The notes: generated by a model from the sequence alone, not told the origin. 64,000 nucleotides of DNA from an uncultured Bacilli bacterium (GCA_934183185.1 CAKPSO010000001.1:21846-85845); one strand, 5' to 3'; positions 1 through 10,948 are shown, counted from the first letter of the stretch. Made by a program: numbers and translations.

Positions 1-1829
1 TGTGCTTTCTCTATTTCATCTAATAATATAATAGAATGTGGTTTATTTTTAATTTCTTCTAGCTTATTTCTACAGTCATCATAACCAACATATCCTGGAG
101 CTGAACCTATAATTTTATTTATGGAAGCACTATCACGATATTCACTCATATCAAGTCTAATAAAATTATCACTTCCAAATAAGGCCTTACTATATTCCTT
201 AGCTAACATTGTTTTACCAACTCCAGTAGGACCAACAAATAAAAATGAAGTTGGTTTTCCATTATCTATTAATCCCAATCTTAATCTCTTGGTAAAATTA
301 ACTAACTCTTCAATTGCCCTATCCTGACCTTTAACACTTTTTCTTAAAGTATTATCCAAATTAGTCAAAAAACGTTGCTTACAACTATCTACATCATATA
401 CTGGTATTTTAGTTTTCAAACTTATAACCTTTGCAACATCACTATTTCTAACAACTTTAGTATTCTTATTCTTTAACTTTTTCAACTCCATATTATTGAT
501 TTCACTATGTATTTCCTTTTCTTTTAAACGTAAGACCGTAGCCATCTTAAAATCCTGCTTCATAATTGATTGATTCTTTTTATTAACTATTTCAATTAAT
601 TTATCATGACACTCATCTATAACTTTACTATCCTTATCAACAGTTAATGCTACCATAGAACATACTTCATCTAAAACATCTATAGCCTTATCAGGTTGCT
701 TACGATTATATATATATTTATCAGTTAAACTTATAATAGTTTTAAGTACTTCATCATCGACCTTTACTCCATGATATTCTTCATAAAGAGGTCTAAGCCT
801 ATATAAAATATCATAGACTAATTCTCCTTTAGGTTCCTCTATAAATACCATTTGAAAGCGTCTATCAATAGCCTTATCCTTTTCAATAGATTGTTTATAT
901 TCATCGGTAGTAGTTGCACCAATTAAATGAATTTTACCACGTGCCAATGCTGGTTTAAAAATATTAGCTGCATCAATAGCTCCCTCTGCACCTCCAGCGC
1001 CCATTAAAGTATGAATTTCGTCTATAAAAAGTATAATAGAATCATCATTTTCTATTTCTTTTAACATCTTAGTAATACGTTCTTCAAATTCCCCTCGATA
1101 CTTTGTCCCAGCAACTAAAGCAGCTATTGATACTGATATCAATCTTTTACCACGCAACTTATCTGAAACTTTGTTTTGTACAATCAATCTAGCCAGTTCT
1201 TCAACTATAGCTGTTTTACCTACACCAGCATCACCTATTAATAAGGGATTATTTTTAGTTCTTCTAGATAAGATTTCCATTACACGTTTTAATTCTCCAC
1301 AACGCCCAATCACAGGATCAATATTATTTGATAATGCTTTTTCTGTTAAGTCAACGCCATATTCTTCAACAATTAATTTCTTCTTACCATTACGATGCTT
1401 TTTATTCACAATTTTAGTAGAAAAATAGCTTTGTAATTCTTCGATGTTAATATCGAGTTTATTAAGTACACGAACAGCAATGCCTTCATCTTCCTCTAGT
1501 ATAGCGAATAATAACTGTTCCGTTGTTACCTCACCATTACTGGATTCTTTACTAATTAAAATAGCAGTTTCTAAAATTCTTTTCAACAATGGTGTATATA
1601 AAAACCAGTTGTTTTCTTCTTTACCTTCACCAACTATCCCAATTAGTTTGTTTCTAAAATTAGTATAAGTTACTCCAAAATCAGCTAACTTAAAACTAAT
1701 TTCCTTACTAACTTTCATAATAGCCATGAACAAGTGTTCACTACCAACATAGGGATGTTTTAACTTCTGCATCTCTTTTTTTGCATTCATCAATACCTTT
1801 TGTGCTTCTTCACTAAATTTAGAAAACAT
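1..1829 (-). CDS. clpC: ATP-dependent Clp protease ATP-binding subunit ClpC-like (N-terminal ~610 aa; C-terminus beyond left window edge)
   Basis: Minus-strand reading frame is open from the window edge to an ATG at 1827-1829, which is preceded by a GGAGGGATTTT RBS. The translation (MFSKFSEEAQKVLMNAKKE...) shows Clp_N repeats and two Walker A P-loops (GDAGVGKTAIVEELA and VGPTGVGKTMLAKE). The short middle domain is typical of ClpC rather than ClpB. It is absent from the ORF track because there is no stop codon inside the window. Confidence 0.8.
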   Translation of the reverse strand, partial: MFSKFSEEAQKVLMNAKKEMQKLKHPYVGSEHLFMAIMKVSKEISFKLADFGVTYTNFRNKLIGIVGEGKEENNWFLYTPLLKRILETAILISKESSNGEVTTEQLLFAILEEDEGIAVRVLNKLDINIEELQSYFSTKIVNKKHRNGKKKLIVEEYGVDLTEKALSNNIDPVIGRCGELKRVMEILSRRTKNNPLLIGDAGVGKTAIVEELARLIVQNKVSDKLRGKRLISVSIAALVAGTKYRGEFEERITKMLKEIENDDSIILFIDEIHTLMGAGGAEGAIDAANIFKPALARGKIHLIGATTTDEYKQSIEKDKAIDRRFQMVFIEEPKGELVYDILYRLRPLYEEYHGVKVDDEVLKTIISLTDKYIYNRKQPDKAIDVLDEVCSMVALTVDKDSKVIDECHDKLIEIVNKKNQSIMKQDFKMATVLRLKEKEIHSEINNMELKKLKNKNTKVVRNSDVAKVISLKTKIPVYDVDSCKQRFLTNLDNTLRKSVKGQDRAIEELVNFTKRLRLGLIDNGKPTSFLFVGPTGVGKTMLAKEYSKALFGSDNFIRLDMSEYRDSASINKIIGSAPGYVGYDDCRNKLEEIKNKPHSIILLDEIEKA

Positions 1830-1904
1830 AAAATCCCTCCTGTACATTCTATGAATATTATGTAACCTTTAGAATTTTTTTAAACAGAAAATATGAATAT
1901 AAAC

Positions 1905-1930
1905 AAAAAAAAGACACCATTTACGGTGCC
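1905..1930 (-). terminator. Rho-independent terminator after the YfcC-like gene: hairpin GGCACC-GUAAAU-GGUGUC followed by a U8 run on the minus strand
   Basis: Inverted repeat gacacc/ggtgcc at 1913-1930 with an adjacent A-run at 1905-1912 on the plus strand (a U-run on the minus transcript), immediately after the stop of 1939..3546. Confidence 0.55.
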
Positions 1931-1938
1931 TAAGCTAA

Positions 1939-3546
1939 CTATATAGCTAAAATAATAAGAAATATAATTAGTAATACAATAAGTACTTCAACAAATATTT
2001 TCCAAATATATTTTAGCCATTGTCCATATGGAATATTCAAATAAGTTAAAGTTCCTATTAGAATAACACTAGTTGGTACCACTAACATAGCTAAACCATA
2101 TACTGCTTGGAATATAACTTCAACTAATGGATATAAAGTTGCATCTCCAATAACACTCATAACATATGGTACAGTGCTTTGGGCAGTATAAACAGTCTCT
2201 ACATTAAATAAACTAGCAAACATAGCTACAATAGTCATAGTTACTACATTAAGACCAGATGTTAATCCCATAATGAATTTAGTAATCATTAATTGGAATG
2301 GATGATAAGTACAAATAATAAGTACTACATAAGCAAGCATCATAGTAACTATTGGCTTAACAGCCTTACTAATTCCCTCTTCGATTCCATCAACTATATC
2401 ACTAAATTTGACGCGATATACAAGTGAAAGAATTAAAGAACCAATCATAATAAGTACAGGAATTTCAACATTAAAACTCCAAGATCCAAATTCACTATAA
2501 GTACCTAATAGTTTAGCAAAAATTGGGAATTTTCCAATTTCAAAACCATCAATAGCATTCTTTGCATCTGTAAACCAAGTAATATCAAATAATCCAGACC
2601 AATCAAATACAGCTAAAGCTAAGATAATTAAAATAAAGTCAAATATAAGTACAAAAGGCCAACATTTAACTTTTTTAGTATCATTAGCACTAACCTTTAA
2701 TATTTCATCTGAATTCTTAGCCATACTAGCTCTAGTACTCTTAGACTTAGTTTTAGTTGACTTAGTCTTAGCAGATGTCTTAGTAGACTTACCTGTTTTA
2801 GTATCCTTTTTAGTAGTTGTTGTTTTCTTAGTTGTTTTATTACCATCTTTTTTAGTAACCTCTAAAGCTTCAGATTTAACTTCTACATCAACCTTTTTCT
2901 TAGAAGTAGTTACTTCTGCTTCAACTACAGTGTTTTTAGTCTTCTTAGCATACATTAAAACATTAGCAATTAAAATGATAATGAATGCAACTAAAATAAC
3001 TATTTTAGAAACTAATTCATCCATTGTCTTAAGTCCTAGTAATTGATTTAAATAACTAACACTACTAGTACCTAATGTTGTACCAGCAAGACCAGCAGCA
3101 ACAGAACCAACAGTTACACTAGCAGCTACTAGTTTATTATATCCCATAGCTATTACTATAGAAATAACGAATGGGAAAATAAAAATCATTCCAAATGATA
3201 AACCAGTAACAGATACTATAATAGCTGTTAATGCCATTACTAATCCTAAGAAAATAGGTTCACGACCAGTATATGCATTCTTAATTTTCTCAATTAGTGT
3301 ATGATATGCAGGTATCTTATTAGCAATTCCATAAAAAATACTAACTACAAGAGCATAAACAATAACGTATGAGAAATAAGTAACAGCTACCATTGGATAA
3401 GAGAATAAATCAAATAATCCAACTTGAACCCTTTCTCCTTCTACTAAAACTGAATTGAACGATGCGCTAGGGAAAATCCAACTGCACAAAGTTACCACTA
3501 ATATCGTAGCTAAAACTACTACTGAAATATTTTTTCTTTTCTTCAT
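1939..3546 (-). CDS. Polytopic membrane protein, putative YfcC/C4-dicarboxylate-anaerobic-carrier-like transporter, with a Lys/Thr-rich low-complexity internal loop
   Basis: 535-aa ORF with a GGGAGG RBS before the ATG at 3546. Hydrophobic helices occur throughout, and the C-terminal motifs resemble the YfcC family. Residues ~205-285 form a KTTKKTTTTKKDTKTGKSTKTSAKTKSTKTKSKS low-complexity stretch. Confidence 0.4.
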   Translation of the reverse strand: MKKRKNISVVVLATILVVTLCSWIFPSASFNSVLVEGERVQVGLFDLFSYPMVAVTYFSYVIVYALVVSIFYGIANKIPAYHTLIEKIKNAYTGREPIFLGLVMALTAIIVSVTGLSFGMIFIFPFVISIVIAMGYNKLVAASVTVGSVAAGLAGTTLGTSSVSYLNQLLGLKTMDELVSKIVILVAFIIILIANVLMYAKKTKNTVVEAEVTTSKKKVDVEVKSEALEVTKKDGNKTTKKTTTTKKDTKTGKSTKTSAKTKSTKTKSKSTRASMAKNSDEILKVSANDTKKVKCWPFVLIFDFILIILALAVFDWSGLFDITWFTDAKNAIDGFEIGKFPIFAKLLGTYSEFGSWSFNVEIPVLIMIGSLILSLVYRVKFSDIVDGIEEGISKAVKPIVTMMLAYVVLIICTYHPFQLMITKFIMGLTSGLNVVTMTIVAMFASLFNVETVYTAQSTVPYVMSVIGDATLYPLVEVIFQAVYGLAMLVVPTSVILIGTLTYLNIPYGQWLKYIWKIFVEVLIVLLIIFLIILAI

Positions 3547-3624
3547 ATTAACCTCCCATATTAATTATACATACTTTTTTAGGAAAAATAAACGTTTTAC
3601 ACAAAGTTTTTAATAAATTTTAGC

Positions 3625-3651
3625 TAAAAAAAGCAGGTAACGACTACCTGC
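3625..3651 (-). terminator. Rho-independent terminator of lysS (GCAGGUAGUCGUUACCUGC followed by a U7 run)
   Basis: Perfect 7-bp stem gcaggta/tacctgc with a 5-nt loop at 3632-3651, flanked by an A-run at 3625-3631 on the plus strand, 8 nt after the lysS stop. Confidence 0.7.
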
Positions 3652-3658
3652 AAACTAT

Positions 3659-5140
3659 TTATTCTTCATTATTATCTAAAGGTCTCATTAATGGAAACAT
3701 AACTACATCACGAATACTATCACTACCAGTTAATAGTTGAACTATTCTGTCTATTCCCATACCCCAACCTGAAATAGGTGGCATACCATATTCCATAGCT
3801 GAAATATAATCATAATCCATATCCATAGCATCTAAATCACCGGCAGCTTTTAAATTAGCCTGTTCAAGTAATCTTCTTTCTTGTTCCTGTGGATCAACTA
3901 ATTCACTATATCCATTAACTATCTCTGCTCCATTAATAACTAATTGGAAACGGTCACTAATCTCTGGTCTATCATCATTACTACGAGCAAGTGGTGATAA
4001 ACTAGTTGGATGTTCAGTAAGATAAACTGGCCCTAACATATGAGGACGTGCTACCTTCTTATATAAAACATCTACTAAATTACCAAATCCTAAGTTTTCT
4101 AAAGGAACATCACTTTCGACTTCAATATGATTTTCTTTAATCTTAGCTAGTAACTTTTCCTTAGTATTATCAACATTAATATCAATATTAGCATATTTAA
4201 CTAATAAATCTCTAAAACTTACTCTACCCCAATCACCACTCATATCGACAGTTTTATCACCAACTTGAATAGTAAGAGTTCCAAATATATTCATAATAAT
4301 TGTTTGAAGCATATTTTGAATTAATTTCATATTATCTTCATAATTAAAGTAAGCTTGATATCCCTCTATCATAGTAAAATCCTGTAAGTGAGAAGCATCC
4401 ATTCCTTCATTACGGAAACATCTAGCAATCTCATATACCTTTGGAATACCTCCTACTACAGCTCTTTTTAAGTAGGTTTCTGGAGCTATTCTTAAATAAA
4501 CATCTAAATCAAGTGCATTATGATGTGCCTTAAATGGTCTAGCTGCTGCACCACTAGCTTTATTATTTAAAATAGGAGTCTCAATTTCCATATAACCAAG
4601 ATTATCAAGATAATGTCTTAATTCACGTATAAATTTAACACGTATCTGAAAACGTTTTCTAGTATCTTCATTCATTATTAAATCTACATAACGTTGACGA
4701 TAACAAGCCTCTAAATCTGTTAATCCATGAAATTTTTCTGGTAAAGGTTTTAAGGCTTTACCAAGGAAAGTAAAATTATCAGCACGTAATGTTTTTTCAC
4801 CAGTATGGGTAGTAAAGATTTCTCCCTCAGCACCTAAAAAATCTCCTAAATCAACATTACTCTTAAAGAATGCATAAGCTTCCTCTCCAACTAAATCAAT
4901 TTTAATAGATATCTGTAAATCCCCATTAATATCACGTAATTTTAAGAAACTCATTTTACCCATTTTTCTCATAAAAACAATACGACCAGCTACACGTACA
5001 CCAGTAGTACCATCATCTAACTTGCTAGCATCTTCTAAAGAATGCGTAATTTCATATCGCTCGGGATATGGATTACAGTACTCTCTAATTGCATTAATTT
5101 TATCTCTTCTAACTAATTCTTGTTCACTAAATTCTCTCAT
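3659..5140 (-). CDS. lysS: Lysine--tRNA ligase (class II)
   Basis: 493-aa ORF with GAGGTG RBS. N-terminal OB anticodon-binding region and class II core motifs (e.g. GGIPKVYEIARCFRNEG, the class II motif 2-like segment). Conserved synteny dusB-(RDD)-lysS. Confidence 0.9.
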   Translation of the reverse strand: MREFSEQELVRRDKINAIREYCNPYPERYEITHSLEDASKLDDGTTGVRVAGRIVFMRKMGKMSFLKLRDINGDLQISIKIDLVGEEAYAFFKSNVDLGDFLGAEGEIFTTHTGEKTLRADNFTFLGKALKPLPEKFHGLTDLEACYRQRYVDLIMNEDTRKRFQIRVKFIRELRHYLDNLGYMEIETPILNNKASGAAARPFKAHHNALDLDVYLRIAPETYLKRAVVGGIPKVYEIARCFRNEGMDASHLQDFTMIEGYQAYFNYEDNMKLIQNMLQTIIMNIFGTLTIQVGDKTVDMSGDWGRVSFRDLLVKYANIDINVDNTKEKLLAKIKENHIEVESDVPLENLGFGNLVDVLYKKVARPHMLGPVYLTEHPTSLSPLARSNDDRPEISDRFQLVINGAEIVNGYSELVDPQEQERRLLEQANLKAAGDLDAMDMDYDYISAMEYGMPPISGWGMGIDRIVQLLTGSDSIRDVVMFPLMRPLDNNEE

Positions 5141-5142
5141 AA

Positions 5143-5835
5143 TTACACCTCATCACACATAATAACTCTTGTATGAGCTAGATAATCCTGAATACCACGC
5201 CCATCTTTACGATACATTGCCATAAAAGCTGATACTATAATAAGTATTGTTTGTACAGCTTGTAAACCATAACTAGCATAATAATATATCTCTTTATTCA
5301 TAAATAATACCATACCAATTATTAAAATATTAATAAGTAAAGAATTAATAATAACTGAACGTAAAATATAATGATTAACAGTTAATTCCTCGGAAGTATT
5401 TGATACAACACGAATATGCATTAATTTTTTTCCAAGAGTCTGCCCTTTATTATAGCACTGAAATACAACAAAGTATAATATAATTATAACTACTTCAATA
5501 ATCATAGAAATAACGTTACTATAATCAATATCATACACTACATCAATAGAGCGATTAATAAATTCACTAGTATTAATCTTAGAATCCAAAAAATCCGTTT
5601 GAATTTGTTCATATTCCTTCAAATATTTATCATGATTTTCTGAGTGTGGTACAACCATCAATACACCAGAAGCTACTATAGATACAATTAATATATCAAT
5701 AATATAAGCAATTAATCTTGGAAAGAAAAATGCTTTCTGCATTTTATTATCAGTAACAGATACTTCAATTTTTTTACCATTATCAGATTCATTAACTTGA
5801 ACGGTTGCATCAATAATCTTTTTCTTATTTGCCAT
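5143..5835 (-). CDS. RDD-family membrane protein
   Basis: 230-aa ORF with AAGGAGGAAG RBS. Three to four TM helices. The C-terminal RKDGRGIQDYLAHTRVI matches the RDD family signature (R-DG-G-HD-LAGT-V). Confidence 0.55.
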   Translation of the reverse strand: MANKKKIIDATVQVNESDNGKKIEVSVTDNKMQKAFFFPRLIAYIIDILIVSIVASGVLMVVPHSENHDKYLKEYEQIQTDFLDSKINTSEFINRSIDVVYDIDYSNVISMIIEVVIIILYFVVFQCYNKGQTLGKKLMHIRVVSNTSEELTVNHYILRSVIINSLLINILIIGMVLFMNKEIYYYASYGLQAVQTILIIVSAFMAMYRKDGRGIQDYLAHTRVIMCDEV

Positions 5836-6820
5836 TAATTTCTTCCTCCTTTAGATATTTCTTATAACAGTTCAATATCTCAATTATATCAGATATTTTA
5901 CTACATAGAAATATTTTATTTTTAATTTCATTGGATTTTGGCATACCCTTTAAATACCATGCTATATGACTACGTATTTCCAATACTGCTAGTTTCTCAT
6001 TTTTTAATTTATATAAATTATCCAAATGTTCCAAGCACATATCTATACGTTCTTGATATGTAGGATTAGGTAAAATAATATTATCTTCTAAATAAGCGTT
6101 TATTTGTCTTATTAACCATGGATTACCAAGTACACCTCTACCAATCATAATAAGATCACACCCAGTTTCATCAAGCATTTTTTTGGCACTATATATATCA
6201 ACTATATCTCCATTCCCTATAACTGGAATTGAAACAGCTTCTTTTACTTGCTTAATAATCGACCAATCTGCCTTACCACTATATCCCTGACTGCGTGTCC
6301 TAGGATGTATACATATTGCGCTAGCACCAGCTTCTTCACATATTTTAGCTACCTCTACTGCATTTATATGCTCACTATCCCAACCACTTCTAATTTTTAC
6401 AGTTACTGGAATTGGTACAGCTCGAACAACACTAGAAACTATTTCTTTGATCTTAGCAGGATCTTTTAAAAGTGCGCTACCAGCCTGAGCACGCACAGCA
6501 ACTTTTGGAACAGGACACCCCATATTAATATCTATGATATCTGGATGCATATTTTCATAAATATATTTAGCTGCAGCTACAAACGAATCTTTATCACTAC
6601 CAAATATTTGTTGAGTAATTGGCCTTTCTTCATCTTCCATATAAAGCATATCTAACGTTTTTTTATTATTATAAAAAATGGCTTTATCACTAACCATTTC
6701 TGCATAAATTAAACCAATGCCCATTTTTTTTATAATTTTACGAAAACTAGAATTACCAATTCCAGCCATAGGAGCAAGCACTGTCTTATGTTTTATCTCT
6801 ACATTTCCTATATAAACCAT
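5825..6820 (-). CDS. dusB: tRNA-dihydrouridine synthase B
   Basis: TIM-barrel Dus motifs (VLAPMAGI, DINMGCP, cysteine in the active-site loop). The ORF-track start at 6832 is a TTG. An ATG at 6820 with a GAGGGATATT RBS gives MVYIGNVEIK..., which matches the usual Dus N-terminus. Confidence 0.85.
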   Translation of the reverse strand: MVYIGNVEIKHKTVLAPMAGIGNSSFRKIIKKMGIGLIYAEMVSDKAIFYNNKKTLDMLYMEDEERPITQQIFGSDKDSFVAAAKYIYENMHPDIIDINMGCPVPKVAVRAQAGSALLKDPAKIKEIVSSVVRAVPIPVTVKIRSGWDSEHINAVEVAKICEEAGASAICIHPRTRSQGYSGKADWSIIKQVKEAVSIPVIGNGDIVDIYSAKKMLDETGCDLIMIGRGVLGNPWLIRQINAYLEDNIILPNPTYQERIDMCLEHLDNLYKLKNEKLAVLEIRSHIAWYLKGMPKSNEIKNKIFLCSKISDIIEILNCYKKYLKEEEINGK

Positions 6821-6874
6821 AATATCCCTCAAATCACTATAGATAATAACACAAAAAATAAATAAAAGATATAA

Positions 6875-8380
6875 CTATTTAGCCACTTTCTTAAAAATAA
6901 TATAATTATATCTAATATCACTAGCGGTATTGATTTTATAATCTTTTCTAGATTCTATCCCTCTATAATAAATTTCATAATCAAAATCATGTAGTAATAA
7001 ATGATACAAGTAATCATTTTCTTTAACCAATAAATGTGTAAACTTATATTTATCTAAAAAATCTTTATAGTAAATATGACCATTCTGTAGCATATATAAT
7101 TCTTCTAATATATCAGATTTCTCATTATTAGCCTTTAAAAATATTTCAGCCCTACTATCAATATATACTTTAATACCTAAATATTCTGCATAATTACATT
7201 CTCCATAATTACAATAAAGCCTGATATTAGATACATCATTATCAGAAGTTAACTTATCAATACCACTTTTCATAGATGAATCCATTATCAAGAGTTCCTG
7301 ATTAAAATTTATATAACCAAACGATATTAATAATAAAATAATCATAAATATATAAAAGTAAAAACCATTTTTATTATTTGGCTCACTAACATAGAAGAAT
7401 TTATTTTTAAAATAATACCCTAATGAGTATATTCCACCAATGGCGAAAAATTCAATACCACGATATGAAGATATAGCTAAATATGTAGTTCCAATTAATA
7501 GTAAAAAGTGTCTTAAATGTAATTTTTTATTATTAAATACTAGATATAATAGATAAACACCAAACACAATAGCATATGAAACAAGTCCTCTTAATGTATG
7601 AACATCTGGAGCCATCATCTCAGTAATAAATAAATCAATTACTTCTACTCCATATGATGTAAATACATAAGTAATTGACTCTATTCCATAGGGATTTATA
7701 AATCCACATAAAAACATTATAGCCATTATACATAATAAAAGTTTATTATCTTTTTTACTGGAAGTTAATTTTCCAATATTAATACCTATATTTTCGATTA
7801 TAAAAGGAATCATAAAGCAAAATAATAAAAACCACATAGAAGCATGACAATTAATCATTAGTAATGACAAAACTGGTAACAAATACAATATTTTTTTATT
7901 CTTATTAATAGTATAACTTTCTAAAATATAAAGTTCTGTAACAAGTATAGATAAAGAAAACATTTGTGGACGGGCAACAACGAAAGAAAATGAAATAATA
8001 ATTGATATTATAAATGTAATTAGCACCGACAAATTACGCTTATTGTCTGTAATTACCATTAATAGTTTGTATGTAATAAATACTAAATATATATTTAATA
8101 TATTAGTAATAATATATGGACCACTTTTACCAATAGCTGAATAACTTAAATAAAAAATAATATCCGGAATCCACTGCTGTATAACTAATGATAAATCATT
8201 ATGAATAGTAAATTGATCAATAGTTATAAATCCATCATTTAAAATAGTTCTGCCTGTATTTATTAAAAACCAAATATCATTATCAAAAGACAAAGCCGTT
8301 AAGAATCCAAAAAAAATTGGTATTAATAAAAAAGATAAAGCTTCCCACTTAGATGGATGGTAATTAAATATTTTCTTCAT
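6875..8380 (-). CDS. Hypothetical polytopic membrane protein (about 12-14 TM helices plus a ~130-aa C-terminal soluble domain). Possibly a GT-C-type glycosyltransferase/polymerase-like protein
   Basis: 501-aa ORF with TGAGGTG RBS. The hydrophobic N-terminal two-thirds is rich in aromatic residues and the C-terminal domain is hydrophilic. No recognisable catalytic motif. Confidence 0.45.
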   Translation of the reverse strand: MKKIFNYHPSKWEALSFLLIPIFFGFLTALSFDNDIWFLINTGRTILNDGFITIDQFTIHNDLSLVIQQWIPDIIFYLSYSAIGKSGPYIITNILNIYLVFITYKLLMVITDNKRNLSVLITFIISIIISFSFVVARPQMFSLSILVTELYILESYTINKNKKILYLLPVLSLLMINCHASMWFLLFCFMIPFIIENIGINIGKLTSSKKDNKLLLCIMAIMFLCGFINPYGIESITYVFTSYGVEVIDLFITEMMAPDVHTLRGLVSYAIVFGVYLLYLVFNNKKLHLRHFLLLIGTTYLAISSYRGIEFFAIGGIYSLGYYFKNKFFYVSEPNNKNGFYFYIFMIILLLISFGYINFNQELLIMDSSMKSGIDKLTSDNDVSNIRLYCNYGECNYAEYLGIKVYIDSRAEIFLKANNEKSDILEELYMLQNGHIYYKDFLDKYKFTHLLVKENDYLYHLLLHDFDYEIYYRGIESRKDYKINTASDIRYNYIIFKKVAK

Positions 8381-8432
8381 TATTGCACCTCAATATAATT
8401 TTATCATACAAAGAAAAAAAGGAGTAGCACTC

Positions 8433-8933
8433 CTATAATGTTTTAACATAAATATTATCCAGATACTTTTTTTCTTCTAAGGTTGGAACAGTACTACTAT
8501 AACAGCACTTATAATCATGCAAAGTATTAACTTGTCTTCTATATTCATCTATATTAATATTTTTAGGTAAAAATATAGGTTCTTCAACCATAGAAGCATA
8601 TTGAAATAAAAGACTTTTAACTTTACCCATTTTATATTTACTAATATTACCAGTATTAATATGAAAAGCACTCATATATACTGTAACATCTCCATAAGGC
8701 ATTATCACATACTCTTTATTTTCAACTTTCTCTAATTGTCTCATATTATTAAAATCAACTACAGGATAAATAATATTTCTTTTATTATATTTATTTACCA
8801 AGTCAATACCTTTACCATCTTTATTTGAATATACTATTTTACGTATTGGAGAATACCCAGGAGCAATAGTATAATCAGCCTTTAATATTTCTACTACCCA
8901 ACCAATTTCAATATTACTTATAGTTTTTTCCAT
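8433..8933 (-). CDS. Hypothetical protein (166 aa, soluble)
   Basis: ORF with GGAGACATAAT RBS. No recognisable motifs. Apparently co-transcribed with the 501-aa membrane protein. Confidence 0.45.
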   Translation of the reverse strand: MEKTISNIEIGWVVEILKADYTIAPGYSPIRKIVYSNKDGKGIDLVNKYNKRNIIYPVVDFNNMRQLEKVENKEYVIMPYGDVTVYMSAFHINTGNISKYKMGKVKSLLFQYASMVEEPIFLPKNINIDEYRRQVNTLHDYKCCYSSTVPTLEEKKYLDNIYVKTL

Positions 8934-8975
8934 ATTATGTCTCCATTTCTTTAATGATGAAAAAAGAGAAGTACT

Positions 8976-10934
8976 CTATTTATCTGCTTCCTTCTCTTCA
9001 AGAGCAGCTTCTAACTCCTCTTTGTTCATTTTAGTATAACCCTTAATGCCTTTTTCTTTAGCCTTAGCTTTTAACTCAGTCAAAGTTTCGTCTTTTTCTA
9101 TAGGCATATGGCCAGTTTCTACTAATGAATCTATCTGTTCTTTAGTAATTGTTTCATACTCAAGTAATGTCTCAGCAATTAACTTAACTAAATCTCTATT
9201 TTCTTCAAGAATTTTATGAGCTTGTTTATAACACTCATCAATAATCTTACGTACTTCTTTATCTATTTCATGAGCAATCTCATTAGAGAAGTTTTTACTC
9301 TTATTATAATCTCTTCCTAAGAAAACTCCACCTTCCTGCTGTTCTAACTGTACAGGACCTAAATCACTCATACCATACTCAGTAACCATACTACGAGCTA
9401 TTTTAGTAGCTTTCTCAAAGTCATTATGAGCACCAGTAGTTACTTCCTTGAATTCAATTTCTTCAGAAACCCTACCACCAAGTAAGCCTGTAATTCTTTC
9501 TAAAAGCTCACTCTTAGTAGCCAAATAAGTCTCTTCTTTTGGCATCATCAATGTATAACCACCAGCTTGCCCACGAGGTATAATAGTAATTTTTTGTACA
9601 TCATCAGCATTAGGTAATTTAATACCAAGTACTGCATGACCTGCTTCATGATATGCAACAACCTTTCTTTCATGTTCATTGTACTTACGTGAAACCTTTG
9701 CAGGTCCACCAATAACACGATCAGTTGCTTCATCTATTTCACTCATAGTAATAGCATTTTTACCACGCCTTACTGCAAGTAAAGCCGCTTCATTTAATAA
9801 GTTTTCTAGTGCTGCTCCACTAAATCCAGGAGTTCTCTTAGCTAAATATCCTAAATTAACTGACTTATCTAACACTTTATCTCTAGCATGTACTCCTAAA
9901 ATTTCTTCACGTTCTCTTACATCAGGTAAATCAACTGTAACTTGTCTATCAAATCTACCAGGTCTTAAAAGTGCAGGATCAAGTACATCAGCACGGTTAG
10001 TAGCAGCAATAATAATTATACCCTCGTTAGCACCAAAACCATCCATCTCAGTAAGTAATTGGTTTAAAGTTTGTTCACGCTCATCATGGCCTCCACCTAA
10101 ACCAGTTCCTCTTTGACGTCCTACAGCATCTATTTCATCAATAAAAATTAAACATGGGGCATTATGTTTAGCCTGTTTAAACATATCTCTAACACGACTA
10201 GCGCCAACACCAACAAATAATTCTACGAAATCAGAACCACTAATAAAATAGAATGGTACATTAGCTTCTCCAGCAACAGCTTTAGCAAGTAATGTTTTAC
10301 CTGTTCCAGGAGGGCCAACCAACAATACTCCTTTAGGAATTCTAGCACCTAATTTCTGGAATTTCTTTGGACTCTTTAAAAAATCAATTAATTCACTAAC
10401 TTCTTCTTTTTCCTCTTTTAATCCAGCTACATCTTTAAAAGTAACTTTATTAGTATCATTACTTAAACGAGCTCTACTTTTACCAAAATCCATTGATTTA
10501 TTAGCTCCACCAATTTGTCTAGTCAAAAAGAAGAAACCAGCACCAACTATAAGTAAAATAGGAACTACATTAACTAATATTAATAGTAATGAGCTTGATT
10601 CAGGATCAGCTTTAGTAGTTATTTGAAAAGTATTCTTTTCTTCTGCATCAAATACTGTTTTAATAACTTCATCACTTAATGGTACCCTAGCAAAGAAAGA
10701 TTCATTTTCCTGATAGCCTTCCATCTTACCACGAATCTCATAAACTACTGCTCTTTCTTTAGGAGTAATAGAAAGTTCAGTAACTTTTCCACTATTTAGA
10801 GATTCAACTAACTGATCGTAAGTAAATACGTTAACATTTTGGTTAAAAACACTAAATAAATAATATACACCAAAAATAATCAATACTAAAAATAAATAAG
10901 GTAATAGACCTCTTTTTATACTATTTTTATTCAC
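8976..10934 (-). CDS. ftsH: ATP-dependent zinc metalloprotease FtsH
   Basis: Two N-terminal TM helices, AAA Walker A (GPPGTGKT), Walker B (DEID), the second region of homology, and the zinc motif HEAGHA. The ORF-track start is a TTG at 10952. A GTG at 10934 with a GAAGGAGG RBS is more likely. Confidence 0.95.
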   Translation of the reverse strand: MNKNSIKRGLLPYLFLVLIIFGVYYLFSVFNQNVNVFTYDQLVESLNSGKVTELSITPKERAVVYEIRGKMEGYQENESFFARVPLSDEVIKTVFDAEEKNTFQITTKADPESSSLLLILVNVVPILLIVGAGFFFLTRQIGGANKSMDFGKSRARLSNDTNKVTFKDVAGLKEEKEEVSELIDFLKSPKKFQKLGARIPKGVLLVGPPGTGKTLLAKAVAGEANVPFYFISGSDFVELFVGVGASRVRDMFKQAKHNAPCLIFIDEIDAVGRQRGTGLGGGHDEREQTLNQLLTEMDGFGANEGIIIIAATNRADVLDPALLRPGRFDRQVTVDLPDVREREEILGVHARDKVLDKSVNLGYLAKRTPGFSGAALENLLNEAALLAVRRGKNAITMSEIDEATDRVIGGPAKVSRKYNEHERKVVAYHEAGHAVLGIKLPNADDVQKITIIPRGQAGGYTLMMPKEETYLATKSELLERITGLLGGRVSEEIEFKEVTTGAHNDFEKATKIARSMVTEYGMSDLGPVQLEQQEGGVFLGRDYNKSKNFSNEIAHEIDKEVRKIIDECYKQAHKILEENRDLVKLIAETLLEYETITKEQIDSLVETGHMPIEKDETLTELKAKAKEKGIKGYTKMNKEELEAALEEKEADK

Positions 10935-10948
10935 AAAATCTGCCTCCT

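Noticed and set aside
121-1668. Plus-strand ORFs 121..327, 1171..1428 and 1444..1668
   Set aside because: They lie antisense within the clpC coding region. They have no RBS, and the opposite strand encodes a continuous conserved AAA+ protein.
9548-10116. ORFs 9548..9733(-) and 9679..10116(+) inside ftsH, and similar internal or antisense ORFs (6248..6469, 19999..20256, 22317..22640, 31297..31530, 32624..32869, 35060..35659, 38167..38427, 41377..41634, 43746..43952, 44738..44944, 45339..45611, 45770..46105, 46899..47408, 49451..49642, 56440..56628, 57463..57648, 58525..58728, 60046..60240, 62402..62590, 13765..13953, 16203..16391, 17676..17873)
   Set aside because: They are shadow ORFs overlapping well-supported conserved genes on the same or opposite strand. 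Their composition is low-complexity and they have no RBS.
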